DNA of 32,000 bases from Cupriavidus necator (GCF_016127575.1 NZ_CP066019.1:1530001-1562000), one strand, 5' to 3'. Counted from the first letter of the stretch, positions 1 through 9,313 are shown. Translations and numbers: made by a program. The notes: a model not told the origin generated them from the sequence alone.

Positions 1-591
1 TACGATGACGAACACGCCGCGCCACTACTCTGCGCGGGCCTGATCGGCTACCGGACGCTGCGCATGGCGGGCGCAGCCAGCCATGCGCAGCGCGTCGGCA
101 TCTACGGCTTCGGCGCCGCCGCCCACCTGGTGACGCAGATCGCGGTGGCGCAAGGCCGCGAAGTCTACGCCTTCACCCGCACGGGCGACGCAGGCGCCCA
201 GCAACTCGCCTACCAATCCGGTGCGTGCTGGGCCGGCTCGAGCGAGCTCGAGTCGCCCGTGCCGCTGGACGCCGCGCTGATTTTCGCCCCGGTGGGCGCG
301 CTGGTGCCCAAGGCGCTGCGCGCCGTGGACAAGGGTGGCATCGTGGTCTGTGGCGGAATTCATATGAGCGATATCCCAAGCATGCCTTACCAGCTGCTTT
401 GGGAAGAAAGGCGCCTGTGTTCCGTAGCCAACCTCACGCGTGCCGACGGCATCGCGCTGATGGATATCGCCGCCCGGACGCCGCTGCATACGCACACCAC
501 CGCGTATCCGCTGGAGCAGGCCAACGAAGCACTGGCCGACCTGCGCGAGGGCCGGCTTACCGGCGCCGCCGTCCTGAAAGTCCGTCAATAG
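1..591 (+). CDS. zinc-type (medium-chain) alcohol dehydrogenase family protein, C-terminal part; 5' end lies outside the window
   Basis: Frame 1 is open from base 1 to the TAG at 589-591. The translation contains the nucleotide-binding stretch VGIYGFGAAAHLVTQIA and the C-terminal GRLTGAAVLKV typical of MDR-family dehydrogenases. GC3 is high. Confidence 0.8.
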   Translation, partial: YDDEHAAPLLCAGLIGYRTLRMAGAASHAQRVGIYGFGAAAHLVTQIAVAQGREVYAFTRTGDAGAQQLAYQSGACWAGSSELESPVPLDAALIFAPVGALVPKALRAVDKGGIVVCGGIHMSDIPSMPYQLLWEERRLCSVANLTRADGIALMDIAARTPLHTHTTAYPLEQANEALADLREGRLTGAAVLKVRQ

Positions 592-610
592 ATCCCTGGC
601 AGATAGATCG

Positions 611-1933
611 ATGAGCCGTTACCAGACACGTTTTCAGGCGCGTGAGCATGCGGGCTCGGAGCTCGCCTGGGCGTTGCGCGCGTATCGGGGAACCGATGCC
701 CTGGTGCTGGCGATTCCGCGCGGCGGCGTGCCGGTCGGGCGTGTTGTGGCCGACGCACTGGGCGCTGACTTCGACCTGGTGATGGCGCGCAGGATCGTTC
801 CTGGCGTAGCACTGGACGACTCTGGCGCGACATGGTGCACGGACGCAATGGACGCAAATGGCGGCGCCGACAGCCAGCGTGATGCCCAGTTCGACCAGCT
901 TCGCAGGCAGCGCGCCGTGTATACGCCGGTCCGCAAGCTGGCGGATCCGGGCGGTCGCGTGGTGATCGTCGTGGATGACGGCCTGGTGAGCGGCGCAACG
1001 ATGTATGCGGCCCTCGCCAGCCTGCGCAAGCGGCAACCTGCCCGGCTCATATGCGCACTCCCGATCGCCACCCCAGCCGGGCTGGACCGGGTCCGCGCCC
1101 TGGCCGACGAAGTCATCTGCCTGGATACTCCGGACCGCATCGAAAACCTCGCGCACTTCTATCATGAGTTCCAGCTGGTCAGCGACGACCGCGTGCGACA
1201 GTTGACAGGGATACCGCCAACGCAGCCCCGGACCCGTGCCCGGCCAGGTGCGGTGGCGGGCGTGCCGTCGTTGAGCAAGGCGATGCTGATTCCGTATCAG
1301 ACCACTCGGCTGCGGGCCATGCTCGAAACGGCCCCGAACCCGGTCGGCGTCGCGGTGATGGTGTATGCCGGTGGCGCGCAACGCCGTGCAGCCCGCAGCA
1401 ATTACCTGGCACGCAAGCTGCGCGCGAAAGGATTCGCCACCATGCTCGTAGACCTGCAGCCTGACAGCCGCGTCGACGACGCACCGGAATCGGAGGTCGA
1501 TGAGCTGGTGGCAAGACTGGACCAGACCTTGAGCTTCCTGCGTACTGGGACCCCTTGCGCAAGCTTGCCTGTGGGCCTGCTAAGTACCGGCACCGCAGCG
1601 GCGGCAGCCTTGCGCTCAGCCGCGTGCGGCGCGACGCAACTCAGCGCCGTGGCCTGTGTTGCGGGGCGGCTGGATCTCGCGGGCAGCGCAACCCTGCGGC
1701 AGCTTGAAATCCCTGCCTTGCTGATATGTGCCAGCGGCAATCCGAAAGACATCCAGATCAACAATCTTGCATTCGAGCAGATGCATTGTCCGCGGCAACT
1801 GAGGCTCATCCCGACCAGCGGCCGCGGATTTGAAGACCGCAGGGCCCTGGAAGACATCGCGGCACTCACGATAGGCTGGTTCGAGCGGCACCTTGCGACC
1901 CCATCTTGTCCCCGCCTGGGTTACGGCGGATGA
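611..1933 (+). CDS. phosphoribosyltransferase-domain protein fused to a dienelactone-hydrolase-like alpha/beta-fold domain
   Basis: 440-aa ORF. The N-terminal half has LAIPRGGVPVG and the PRPP-binding loop VVIVVDDGLVSGATM. The C-terminal ~200 aa (AVMVYAGG ... VGLLSTGTAAAA) resembles an alpha/beta hydrolase fold. There is no clear Shine-Dalgarno before ATG 611, so the start is approximate. Confidence 0.75.
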   Translation: MSRYQTRFQAREHAGSELAWALRAYRGTDALVLAIPRGGVPVGRVVADALGADFDLVMARRIVPGVALDDSGATWCTDAMDANGGADSQRDAQFDQLRRQRAVYTPVRKLADPGGRVVIVVDDGLVSGATMYAALASLRKRQPARLICALPIATPAGLDRVRALADEVICLDTPDRIENLAHFYHEFQLVSDDRVRQLTGIPPTQPRTRARPGAVAGVPSLSKAMLIPYQTTRLRAMLETAPNPVGVAVMVYAGGAQRRAARSNYLARKLRAKGFATMLVDLQPDSRVDDAPESEVDELVARLDQTLSFLRTGTPCASLPVGLLSTGTAAAAALRSAACGATQLSAVACVAGRLDLAGSATLRQLEIPALLICASGNPKDIQINNLAFEQMHCPRQLRLIPTSGRGFEDRRALEDIAALTIGWFERHLATPSCPRLGYGG

Positions 1934-2075
1934 CCATGCCTGGCGGTTACGCGGGGCTGCGCCTGATGCGTGCGGCTCAACCCCAAAGACCGCACAACAA
2001 TCTTGGGGCCAATAACGGGAGCCCGTCCTTTGACATGGGGCGAAAGCCGGCGCGGATCTCGATACCGCAGCGCCC

Positions 2076-2879
2076 CTACTCCACGCGCGGCATCCGCTCC
2101 TGTATCGCCGCTGCAAGTTCCATCAGTGGCTTAGCCAGCGCCGCCTCGACAGCACCGGCATCCTGGTGCGTGGATACGCTGACGTTCAATACATGGACGG
2201 CATATTCGTCAAATCGCAATGGTGTTGCCATGGCCACAACCTGAGGCTGCCATGACGCGACGCAGTAGCCTTTCTCATGCACGGAAGACACCGCAGCATC
2301 GATTTCGCGTCGCAGCTCCCCCCAGCCGCGGCCGCGGTTCTTGTCGGCCATGGCCCTCATCATCGCGTTGAACGCCTCAGGTGCCAGCGTTGCGAGGTGC
2401 GCGCGGCCGAGAGAGGTCAGTGCCATCGGGATGCGCTGCCCGCTCACCACCGTGCGCAGTGACTGGCGCCGGTTGTAGCGGAACGACTCCAGGTAAATCA
2501 TCTCATCTCCCTCCGCCACCGCCAGTCCGACATTGATCTTGTGCCGCATGGCAACCTCGGCCATCATCGGCGCCGCGACCCTGAGAACCTGCGAGCCGTC
2601 GCGCATGGCATGCGCCATGCTGAGGACCGGCACACCCAGCCGGTAGGCCCGGCACTGCGGGACATACTCGAGCATGCCGGTCTCAATCAGCGACTGCGTC
2701 AGGCGGCTGACGGTCGAGCGGGACAAGCCGGTGCGCTCGGCAATCTCGCTGTTGCCGAGCATGGACGCGCCGGCGCGGAAGGCGCGCAGTACGGCAATGC
2801 CACGTTCGAGCGAGCGGTTGGGCGTCGCCTTGCCTTGGCCTGGTTTGATCCGTTCGATGTTGACGGTGCTGTTTGGCAT
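2076..2879 (-). CDS. IclR family transcriptional regulator
   Basis: 267-aa ORF. It has an N-terminal winged-HTH (SLERGIAVLRAF ... NSEIAERTGLSRSTVSRLTQSLIETGMLE) followed by an IclR-type effector domain. Confidence 0.9.
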   Translation of the reverse strand: MPNSTVNIERIKPGQGKATPNRSLERGIAVLRAFRAGASMLGNSEIAERTGLSRSTVSRLTQSLIETGMLEYVPQCRAYRLGVPVLSMAHAMRDGSQVLRVAAPMMAEVAMRHKINVGLAVAEGDEMIYLESFRYNRRQSLRTVVSGQRIPMALTSLGRAHLATLAPEAFNAMMRAMADKNRGRGWGELRREIDAAVSSVHEKGYCVASWQPQVVAMATPLRFDEYAVHVLNVSVSTHQDAGAVEAALAKPLMELAAAIQERMPRVE

Positions 2880-2888
2880 GACAGGGGA

Positions 2889-2905
2889 TCACTGCGCACC
2901 AGTGA
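2889..2905. promoter_or_regulatory. perfect inverted repeat TCACTG-N5-CAGTGA, 10-26 nt upstream of the iclR-family start codon; candidate operator or 5'-UTR hairpin
   Basis: Read directly: tcactg cgcac cagtga at 2889-2905. The function is inferred. Confidence 0.35.
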
Positions 2906-3047
2906 CCGTTCTGGAAAGCGGCGTCCGGTGCATGCATTTGCTGAGGTTGCACCCGCCGCAGGCAATGCTACTCGATGCCGATCTCCTTGTCCTACACCGC
3001 TTGTGTTCGTCATGCTGGTGACCGCGTTGGCGCCGGAGCGCCGCTGC

Positions 3048-4382
3048 TCAGCCAAACAGGCTGACCACCGGCTCCGTCTCGAAGTGCCAGATCTTCTGCG
3101 CCAGCCGGCGCGCGCCATCGGCGCCTATCACCGGCGCTGCCAGTTCGATCAGCTTGCCGCCGAGGTCAGCGTCGGACAGCGGGTCCTCCGGATCGCCCTT
3201 GCGATTTGGCTGCAAGTAGTCTGCCGTGGCCCCGTCCAGGGTTTCGATCTCAATCCTTGCCGCGCGCTTGCCAGGAAACCAGCCGTCGATTTCAGGGTCG
3301 ACCTCGACAGTCATGCAGTCCATCAGCCGGCGCGTCTCGCTGTCCCACAACCGTTCCGGCGTGTAGGCCGACAAGCGCACGCTGCCATGCACCAGGGCGG
3401 CGGCGACGATGAACTTGAGGCTGAACTTGGCTTCGTTCTCGCTCCTGGGGTCGAGATAGCAGGCGATATCCAGCGCCGGGCGATACGTGGCGACGCGAAT
3501 GCGACGGATCTGGGCGGTGTCGATGCCCAGCTTCGCTTTCAGCGCCAGCGCGCCGTCGATTGCCGCAAAGGTATGGCCGCAGCCAATGTGGTTCTTGAAG
3601 GTCAGCCGGCAAATATGGAAGTCTTTCCCAAGCGTCGATGCCAGCCCGTTCCAGTCAGGGCCGTCCGACATCGCTCGCCCCATGCCGGTCTCACCGTCGA
3701 GCACATCGAGCGAACCGGTGATGCCGGCAATGGCGGCGCGGGCGGCCAGCAATCCGCCCTCCGCTGCGCGGCCTGCGTGCAGCGGCTTGGACATCGAGTC
3801 CATGCGGAACGCCTGCTGCAGTCCGGCGGCGAAGGTCGCCGCGGTCGCCAGCGCGTGGGCAAGCTGCTCCTCGCTCGCCCCATGGATAAACGCCGCGGCG
3901 GCCGCCGCGCCAAACGTGCCGACAGTCGCGGTGCTGTGCCAGAAGCGATAGTGCGCCCGGCCCAGCACGACGCCGATGCGCGTTGAAACCTCATAGCCGA
4001 CGACGATGCCCTTGAGCAGCGTCTCGCCGCTGGCGCCCGCGTCCTGTGCCGCAGCAATGGCGGCGGCAATGGTGGCGGCGCCGGGGTGATACATGGCATC
4101 ACGGAAACTGTCGTCGATCTCGGCAGCGTGGGCGGCAGCGCCATTGAGCAGCGCCGCGGCGCGCGCCGTGGCGCGTTGCCCCATTGGCAGGGTGGCGTTG
4201 CCGCGGCCAAGCTCCTCTTCCAGCACGCGCTGCAGGCGCTGGACCGCATCGGTGCCGATGCCCGGGAACAGCGCCGCATGCCAGTCGACCAGCGCGCGCT
4301 TCGCATGATGCATCACCTCGGCTGGCAGCGGTCCTGCCTTGATGGTGCTGAAGAAAGGCCCAAAGGCCTCGGTTGCGTTCAA
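3048..4382 (-). CDS. MmgE/PrpD family protein (2-methylcitrate dehydratase-like superfamily), paralogue 1
   Basis: 444-aa ORF with family-typical stretches (NGAAAHAAEIDD, HPGAATIAAAIAAA, FKNHIGCGHTF). It uses a TTG start at 4382 preceded by GGAGAA 7 nt upstream, and lies 12 nt downstream of the preceding gene's stop. Confidence 0.9.
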   Translation of the reverse strand: MNATEAFGPFFSTIKAGPLPAEVMHHAKRALVDWHAALFPGIGTDAVQRLQRVLEEELGRGNATLPMGQRATARAAALLNGAAAHAAEIDDSFRDAMYHPGAATIAAAIAAAQDAGASGETLLKGIVVGYEVSTRIGVVLGRAHYRFWHSTATVGTFGAAAAAAFIHGASEEQLAHALATAATFAAGLQQAFRMDSMSKPLHAGRAAEGGLLAARAAIAGITGSLDVLDGETGMGRAMSDGPDWNGLASTLGKDFHICRLTFKNHIGCGHTFAAIDGALALKAKLGIDTAQIRRIRVATYRPALDIACYLDPRSENEAKFSLKFIVAAALVHGSVRLSAYTPERLWDSETRRLMDCMTVEVDPEIDGWFPGKRAARIEIETLDGATADYLQPNRKGDPEDPLSDADLGGKLIELAAPVIGADGARRLAQKIWHFETEPVVSLFG

Positions 4383-4394
4383 GATAGGTTCTCC

Positions 4395-5243
4395 TCAGCC
4401 GGCCTGCGCCGGCGTGTCGGGGAGCTGCTGCAGCCATGCCTGCAGCAGCCGGTTGACTTGTTGGTGGGCCTCATACTGGACCCAATGGCCGGCGCCCGGC
4501 ACCACGCTGACACTGACTTCGGGCGCGTCGGCTGATGCATGCCGCGAGCCGCGGGCGATCCCGGCAATCGATTCGGGCGACATGGTCACGTCCGCTTCGC
4601 CCCAGATCATCAATACCGGGCCGGGAAAGCGCGCCAGCGCCTGCTGCAATCCGCCTGCGCGCGAGATCGATTTGCTATGGAAGCGGGTCGCGCGACAGGC
4701 ACGCGTGTGGATGGCCACGGTTTCGCTGTCGATGGCGGCCGGATCGGCGATCATGAATGCCGCCAGATTGTCGCGCATCGCCGCGGCAAGCGCGTGCGGA
4801 TCGTGGCAGCGGCGCCAGTCGACCAGCGCCCGCGTCATGCGGCGCGGACCGCCATGGCCGGCCGGCCCGAGCAACGCCAGGCGACCGACATCGATATCGC
4901 CAAGGCCCGCATGGGTCGCAAGGTGCGCCGCCACCAGCGCGCCGAAGGAAAAGCCCACCAGGTCGACACGGCCAGGTGATAGCTGGGCCAGCGAGCGGGC
5001 CAGGATCTCGACGACTCCAGGCAGATCGGCGCGCGGCGCCGCACCGGAATCGCCAAAGCCCGGCATGTCTGGCACCAGCAGCCGGCGGTTCCGGGACAAC
5101 GGCCCGATATTGCGCGTCCAGTGCTGCCAGCTGCCATGGCCGCCATGCAACAGCACGCTCGCCGGGCCGTCGCCAAAGCTTCGCCAGATGATCTCGCACC
5201 CATCGACCGAAGTCACCAACACACCGTCGCGCACGTTGCACAT
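4395..5243 (-). CDS. alpha/beta hydrolase fold protein
   Basis: 282-aa ORF. It has an oxyanion-region VLLHGGHGSW, the nucleophile elbow VGFSFGA, and a C-terminal GAGHWVQYE histidine motif. Confidence 0.85.
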   Translation of the reverse strand: MCNVRDGVLVTSVDGCEIIWRSFGDGPASVLLHGGHGSWQHWTRNIGPLSRNRRLLVPDMPGFGDSGAAPRADLPGVVEILARSLAQLSPGRVDLVGFSFGALVAAHLATHAGLGDIDVGRLALLGPAGHGGPRRMTRALVDWRRCHDPHALAAAMRDNLAAFMIADPAAIDSETVAIHTRACRATRFHSKSISRAGGLQQALARFPGPVLMIWGEADVTMSPESIAGIARGSRHASADAPEVSVSVVPGAGHWVQYEAHQQVNRLLQAWLQQLPDTPAQAG

Positions 5244-5255
5244 GCCAGGGTCTCG

Positions 5256-7358
5256 TCAGGGCTTGTCGTTGCCGGCCAGCACCGCCACGCCATCGGCGGC
5301 CATCACACCCTGCCCTTCGGGCAGCACGAACACGGGATTCATCTCCGCCTCGACCAGCCGGTCGCCAAGCGTGGCGACCATGCGCGAGAAGGCGACGATC
5401 GCGTCGGCCAGGGCTTCCACATCCGCCTTCGGCCGGCCCCGGAAGCCCTGCAGCAGCGGGGCCGTCTTCAGGCGCCCGATCATCGCCAGCGCGGCGTCGC
5501 GGCTCAATCCGCGCTCGCCAGGCAGCAGCCGCAGCGTGGTATCGCCGAACAGCTCCGCGGTCACGCCGCCCATGCCGAGCAGGATCGCGGTGCCCAGCGC
5601 GTCGCGGTGCATACCGAGGATCACTTCGACGCCGGCCTTGACCATTTCCTGCACCAGGAAGCGTTGGGGCGCGATACCCGTGGCCGACTGCACGTCGCTT
5701 GCCATTCTTGCCAGCCGGCTTCCCACCTCCGCAGGCGGGACATTGACGGCCACGCCGCCGACATCGCTCTTGTGGGTGATCTCGGCCGACAGGATCTTCA
5801 GCACGACATTGCCGCTGAAGGCTTGCGCCGCCGCCATCGCCTCGGCGCCATCGTCAACCACAACCTCCTTCGCAACCGGTACGCCGAAACCGGCGAACAA
5901 GGTCTTGGCCGCGGCTTCGTCGAGCGAGCCGGTGCCATAGGAGGTGAGATCGGGCAACGGCAGCGTGGGAGTGCCCGCTTCGTCGACCGCGCCGAGCTTG
6001 CCGGCACGCAGCATCGCGTCGATCGCCACCGTGCAAGCCTCCGGCGCGGAAAACGCCGGCACGCCACGGCGATTGAGCAGCGATGCGACTTCCGGCGCAT
6101 GCGGGCTCACGTACGCAATCACCGGTTTGTCGCTATGGGGCAGGCAGTCGCGAATGGCATTGGCCATCAGGTCTGGCATGGCCAGGCTGGACGAGCCCAC
6201 GATGACTGCGACCGCGTCGTAGCTCGGGCTGTCGAGCAGGATGCGGATCGCTGCGCGGAGCAGGTCGGGCTGCAGCCCGGCCAGGGTTACGTCGATCGGG
6301 TTGCGGTCGAGCGCCGCGTGGTCGCCCTTCTGCAGCGCGCGCAGCTTCGCCGCGGTCGCTTCGTCAGGGGCCGGGGTCTCGAAGCCGGCCACGCCCAGGC
6401 TGTCGGAGACCAGCGTGCCGGCGCCGCCGGTCGAGGTCAGGATCGCAACGCGATTGCCAGTCAGTTTGCGCCCGGTAGCCAGGGCGGCGGGCATGTCGAG
6501 CAGGTCCGAGAAGGTCTGCGCGCGAATCACGCCGACCTGCTCAAAGAGCGCGTCATACATGCGATCCGTACCGGCCAACGCGCCGGTATGTGACACCGCG
6601 GCGCGCGCACCACTCTCGGAGCGGCCGATCTTGAACGCCACCACCGGCTTGCCGGCGCGCGCCGCCTTCAGCGCCGCGCGGCGGAACGTCTCCGGGTTGC
6701 GCACGCTCTCGACATACAGCGCGATCACGCGGGTGGCCTCGTCATCGGCCAGGTAATCGATAAAGTCGGCCAGATCCAGGTCGACTTCATTGCTGGTCGA
6801 AACCAGCTTGGACAGGCCGATGCCGCGTGCCGCGGCGCGCGACAGCAAGGCACCGAGGATGCCGCCGCTTTGCGACACCACGCCAATGCTGCCGGCCGGG
6901 AACTGGTCCATCTCCAGCGCGCCGCTGGCCGACAGCGGGATGTTGTCGGTCAGGTTGACCAGGCCGATGGTATTGGGCCCCAGCAGGCGCATGCTGCCGG
7001 CCGCCTCGATCAGCTCAGCCTGGCGCCGCGCGCCCTCGGCGCCGGTCTCGGTATAGCCGCTCGCCAGCACGATGGCCGCGCCGGCGCCGCGCGCCGCCAG
7101 GTCGCGCACGGCCAGGTGCGCACGCTCGGCGCCCAGCAGCACGATGCCGACGTCCGGCACTTCGGGCAGCGAGGCAATGTCCGGATAGCAAGGCAGCCCG
7201 TCGATCGACTCGACCTTGGGGTTGACCGGGTAGATCGCCCCGCTGAACCCATGCTTGCGCAGGTAGGAAACCGGGCGGCCTGCAGTCTTTGCGGGGTCGG
7301 CGGATGCGCCAATCACGGCAACGCTGCGCGGCGTGACAAGTCTTTGGATGGCATTCAT
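5256..7358 (-). CDS. ADP-forming (NDP-forming) acyl-CoA synthetase / acetate--CoA ligase family protein
   Basis: 700-aa ORF. The N-terminal CoA-binding domain (VAVIGAS ... GAIYPVNPK), a central succinyl-CoA-ligase-like domain and a C-terminal ATP-grasp domain match the fused ADP-forming acyl-CoA synthetase architecture. Confidence 0.9.
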   Translation of the reverse strand: MNAIQRLVTPRSVAVIGASADPAKTAGRPVSYLRKHGFSGAIYPVNPKVESIDGLPCYPDIASLPEVPDVGIVLLGAERAHLAVRDLAARGAGAAIVLASGYTETGAEGARRQAELIEAAGSMRLLGPNTIGLVNLTDNIPLSASGALEMDQFPAGSIGVVSQSGGILGALLSRAAARGIGLSKLVSTSNEVDLDLADFIDYLADDEATRVIALYVESVRNPETFRRAALKAARAGKPVVAFKIGRSESGARAAVSHTGALAGTDRMYDALFEQVGVIRAQTFSDLLDMPAALATGRKLTGNRVAILTSTGGAGTLVSDSLGVAGFETPAPDEATAAKLRALQKGDHAALDRNPIDVTLAGLQPDLLRAAIRILLDSPSYDAVAVIVGSSSLAMPDLMANAIRDCLPHSDKPVIAYVSPHAPEVASLLNRRGVPAFSAPEACTVAIDAMLRAGKLGAVDEAGTPTLPLPDLTSYGTGSLDEAAAKTLFAGFGVPVAKEVVVDDGAEAMAAAQAFSGNVVLKILSAEITHKSDVGGVAVNVPPAEVGSRLARMASDVQSATGIAPQRFLVQEMVKAGVEVILGMHRDALGTAILLGMGGVTAELFGDTTLRLLPGERGLSRDAALAMIGRLKTAPLLQGFRGRPKADVEALADAIVAFSRMVATLGDRLVEAEMNPVFVLPEGQGVMAADGVAVLAGNDKP

Positions 7359-7362
7359 GTGG

Positions 7363-8157
7363 TCAGGCCTTGCTGGCGGTCTTGTTCAGGAAAGCCAGCA
7401 CGGAGTCGCGATGCTCGGTGCTGGTGTAGCAGATGCCCTGCGCCTGGCTGCCCTGGGCGAAGACCTGGTCGGCGGGCAGTTCGAAGGACTGGTTCATGAT
7501 GCTCTTGCCCAGCGCGATCGCGGTAGCCGAGCCCTGGCTCAGTTGCGCCGCCCAGCTCAGCGCATCGTCGATCAGCGCTTCGGGCTTGCTCAGGCGGTCC
7601 GCGATGCCGAGGGCCGCGGCCTCCTGCGCCTCGACCTTGCGGCCCGTGAAGACCAGTTCCTTCGCTGCCGGCAGCCCTACGCGGCGCGGCAGGAAATACA
7701 TGCCGCCACCGTCCGGGATCAGGCCCCGGTTGATATAGGACCAGGAGAACGACGCCGCTTCGGACGCCAGCACGAAATCGCAGCACAGCGCGGTATCGGC
7801 ACCCAGCCCGGCCGCGGCACCGTTGACCGCGGCGATGGTGGGCTTGGGCATGGTGTGGAGCAGCTTCACGGTGTAGTGGACCCGCTGCTGGCGGCTCCAG
7901 CCATTGAAGCCCACCTCGCCGATGGGCGCCTCCATGCGGCGCTGCATGCCGGCCACGTCGCCGCCGGCGCAGAAGCCCTTGCCGTTCCCGGTGAGCACCA
8001 GGGCACGAATGGCCTTGTCCGCCGCCACGCGCTCCAGCGCGTCGATGAATTCCGAGCGCATGTCGTCGCTCATGGCATTGCGCTTGTCGGGGCGGTTAAA
8101 GGTGAGCAGCGCGATGCCCGATTCGATCTTCAGTTCAATCAGGGAATAGTTGTCCAT
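7363..8157 (-). CDS. enoyl-CoA hydratase/isomerase (crotonase) family protein
   Basis: 264-aa ORF with the crotonase signature ALVLTGNGKGFCAGGDV. Its stop is 4 nt upstream of the acyl-CoA synthetase start. Confidence 0.9.
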   Translation of the reverse strand: MDNYSLIELKIESGIALLTFNRPDKRNAMSDDMRSEFIDALERVAADKAIRALVLTGNGKGFCAGGDVAGMQRRMEAPIGEVGFNGWSRQQRVHYTVKLLHTMPKPTIAAVNGAAAGLGADTALCCDFVLASEAASFSWSYINRGLIPDGGGMYFLPRRVGLPAAKELVFTGRKVEAQEAAALGIADRLSKPEALIDDALSWAAQLSQGSATAIALGKSIMNQSFELPADQVFAQGSQAQGICYTSTEHRDSVLAFLNKTASKA

Positions 8158-8207
8158 GGTCCTGTCCGGTGCTATGTGTGCGATCTGTTTTTTTACGAGT
8201 GCCGCGC

Positions 8208-9203
8208 TCAGTCGGCCGTGATATTGGCGTCCTTGATGACCTTGCTCCAGCGCTGGCTCTCGGCCTTGACGTAGCGGCCGAACTCATCTGGTGTGCCGCC
8301 ACTGATGGCAAGCCCCTCCTGTTCGGCGCGCTTGCGGAACGCGTCGGTGTGCACGGCCTTCTTCGCCGCGGCGTTCAGCCGCGTGATCACCGCCGGCGGC
8401 GTGCCGGCCGGTACGAACAGGCCATACCAGCTATCCGCCACATAATTGGGCACGCCGCTTTCCGCGATCGTTGGCACCTTGCTCAGCGCCGGCGCCTGCG
8501 AGCGCTGTGCGGTCGTGACCGCCACCGCCCGAAGCTTGCCGCTCTCCAGGTGCGGCGCGACTGCGGCTGCCGTGGCGAACATCACATCGACCTGCCCGCC
8601 GAGCAGGTCCGTGATCGCCGGGCCGGCGCCGCGATAAGGAATGTGGTTCAAGTCGACCCTGGCCATGTTCTTGAACAGCTCGCCGGCCAGGTGCGCCGAA
8701 GTGCCCGCGCCCTGCGAGGCGTAGTTGAGCTTGCCCGGCTTGGCCTTGGCGGCCGCGATCAGGTCCTGCACGGTCTTGATGGGGCTGTCCGGCTTCACCA
8801 CCAGCACGTTGGGCGAGCGGCCCACCAGCATGACCGGCGCGAACGCCTTCTCCGTATCGAACGGCAGTTTCTTGTGCAGGCTCGGGTTGACCGCGTGGGC
8901 CAGCGTCGCCATCACCAGCGTGTAGCCGTCTGGTGCGCTCTTGGCCACCGCATCGGTGCCGATAATGGTGCTGCCGCCCGGCTTGTTATCGACGATGACG
9001 GGCTGGCCAAGGTCCTCGCCCATGGTAATGCCCATGGCACGCGCCACCAGGTCCGTGCCGCCGCCGGGGGCGAACGGCACCACCATGCGGATCGGCTTGT
9101 CGGGAAAGGCTGCGAGCGCCGGCAAAGGCGCTGTCGCGGCCATGAGGAACGGAATGGCTGCCTTGGCAAGCCGGCGGAACAATCCGGTGCAGAACGGATG
9201 CAT
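8208..9203 (-). CDS. Bug/TctC-family periplasmic tripartite tricarboxylate transporter substrate-binding protein
   Basis: 331-aa ORF. A signal peptide ends in ALAAFP, followed by the family signature DKPIRMVVPFAPGGGTD. AGGAGA sits 6 nt upstream of the ATG. Confidence 0.9.
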   Translation of the reverse strand: MHPFCTGLFRRLAKAAIPFLMAATAPLPALAAFPDKPIRMVVPFAPGGGTDLVARAMGITMGEDLGQPVIVDNKPGGSTIIGTDAVAKSAPDGYTLVMATLAHAVNPSLHKKLPFDTEKAFAPVMLVGRSPNVLVVKPDSPIKTVQDLIAAAKAKPGKLNYASQGAGTSAHLAGELFKNMARVDLNHIPYRGAGPAITDLLGGQVDVMFATAAAVAPHLESGKLRAVAVTTAQRSQAPALSKVPTIAESGVPNYVADSWYGLFVPAGTPPAVITRLNAAAKKAVHTDAFRKRAEQEGLAISGGTPDEFGRYVKAESQRWSKVIKDANITAD

Positions 9204-9313
9204 GCTTTGTCTCCTGGAACGAGTCGGAACGCCGCGGCATCACACTGCGTGCACCGGGCGCGTTTCTTTGTTGGAGACAGCTTAGGCCCAGGCGGGCGAT
9301 TCCACACCCCCAC

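Noticed and set aside
1981-2008. Bulged hairpin CCCCAA(A)GA-N11-TCTTGGGG between the convergent PRTase-fusion and IclR genes, considered as a bidirectional terminator.
   Set aside because: The stem is only 8 bp with a bulge, the loop is 11 nt, and there is no U-tract on either strand. That is too weak to call.
2541-3986. Long plus-strand ORF (481 aa) antisense to the MmgE/PrpD gene. Similar long antisense ORFs occur at 4339-5940, 5121-6593, 8169-9497, 12085-13107, 15705-16679, 18000-19529, 22030-22779, 23884-24744, 24642-25568 and 30811-31899.
   Set aside because: Their translations are Arg/Ala/Pro/Gly-rich and low in complexity, with no recognisable motifs. They lie opposite ORFs with clear family signatures. 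Stop-free antisense frames like these are expected in high-GC DNA.
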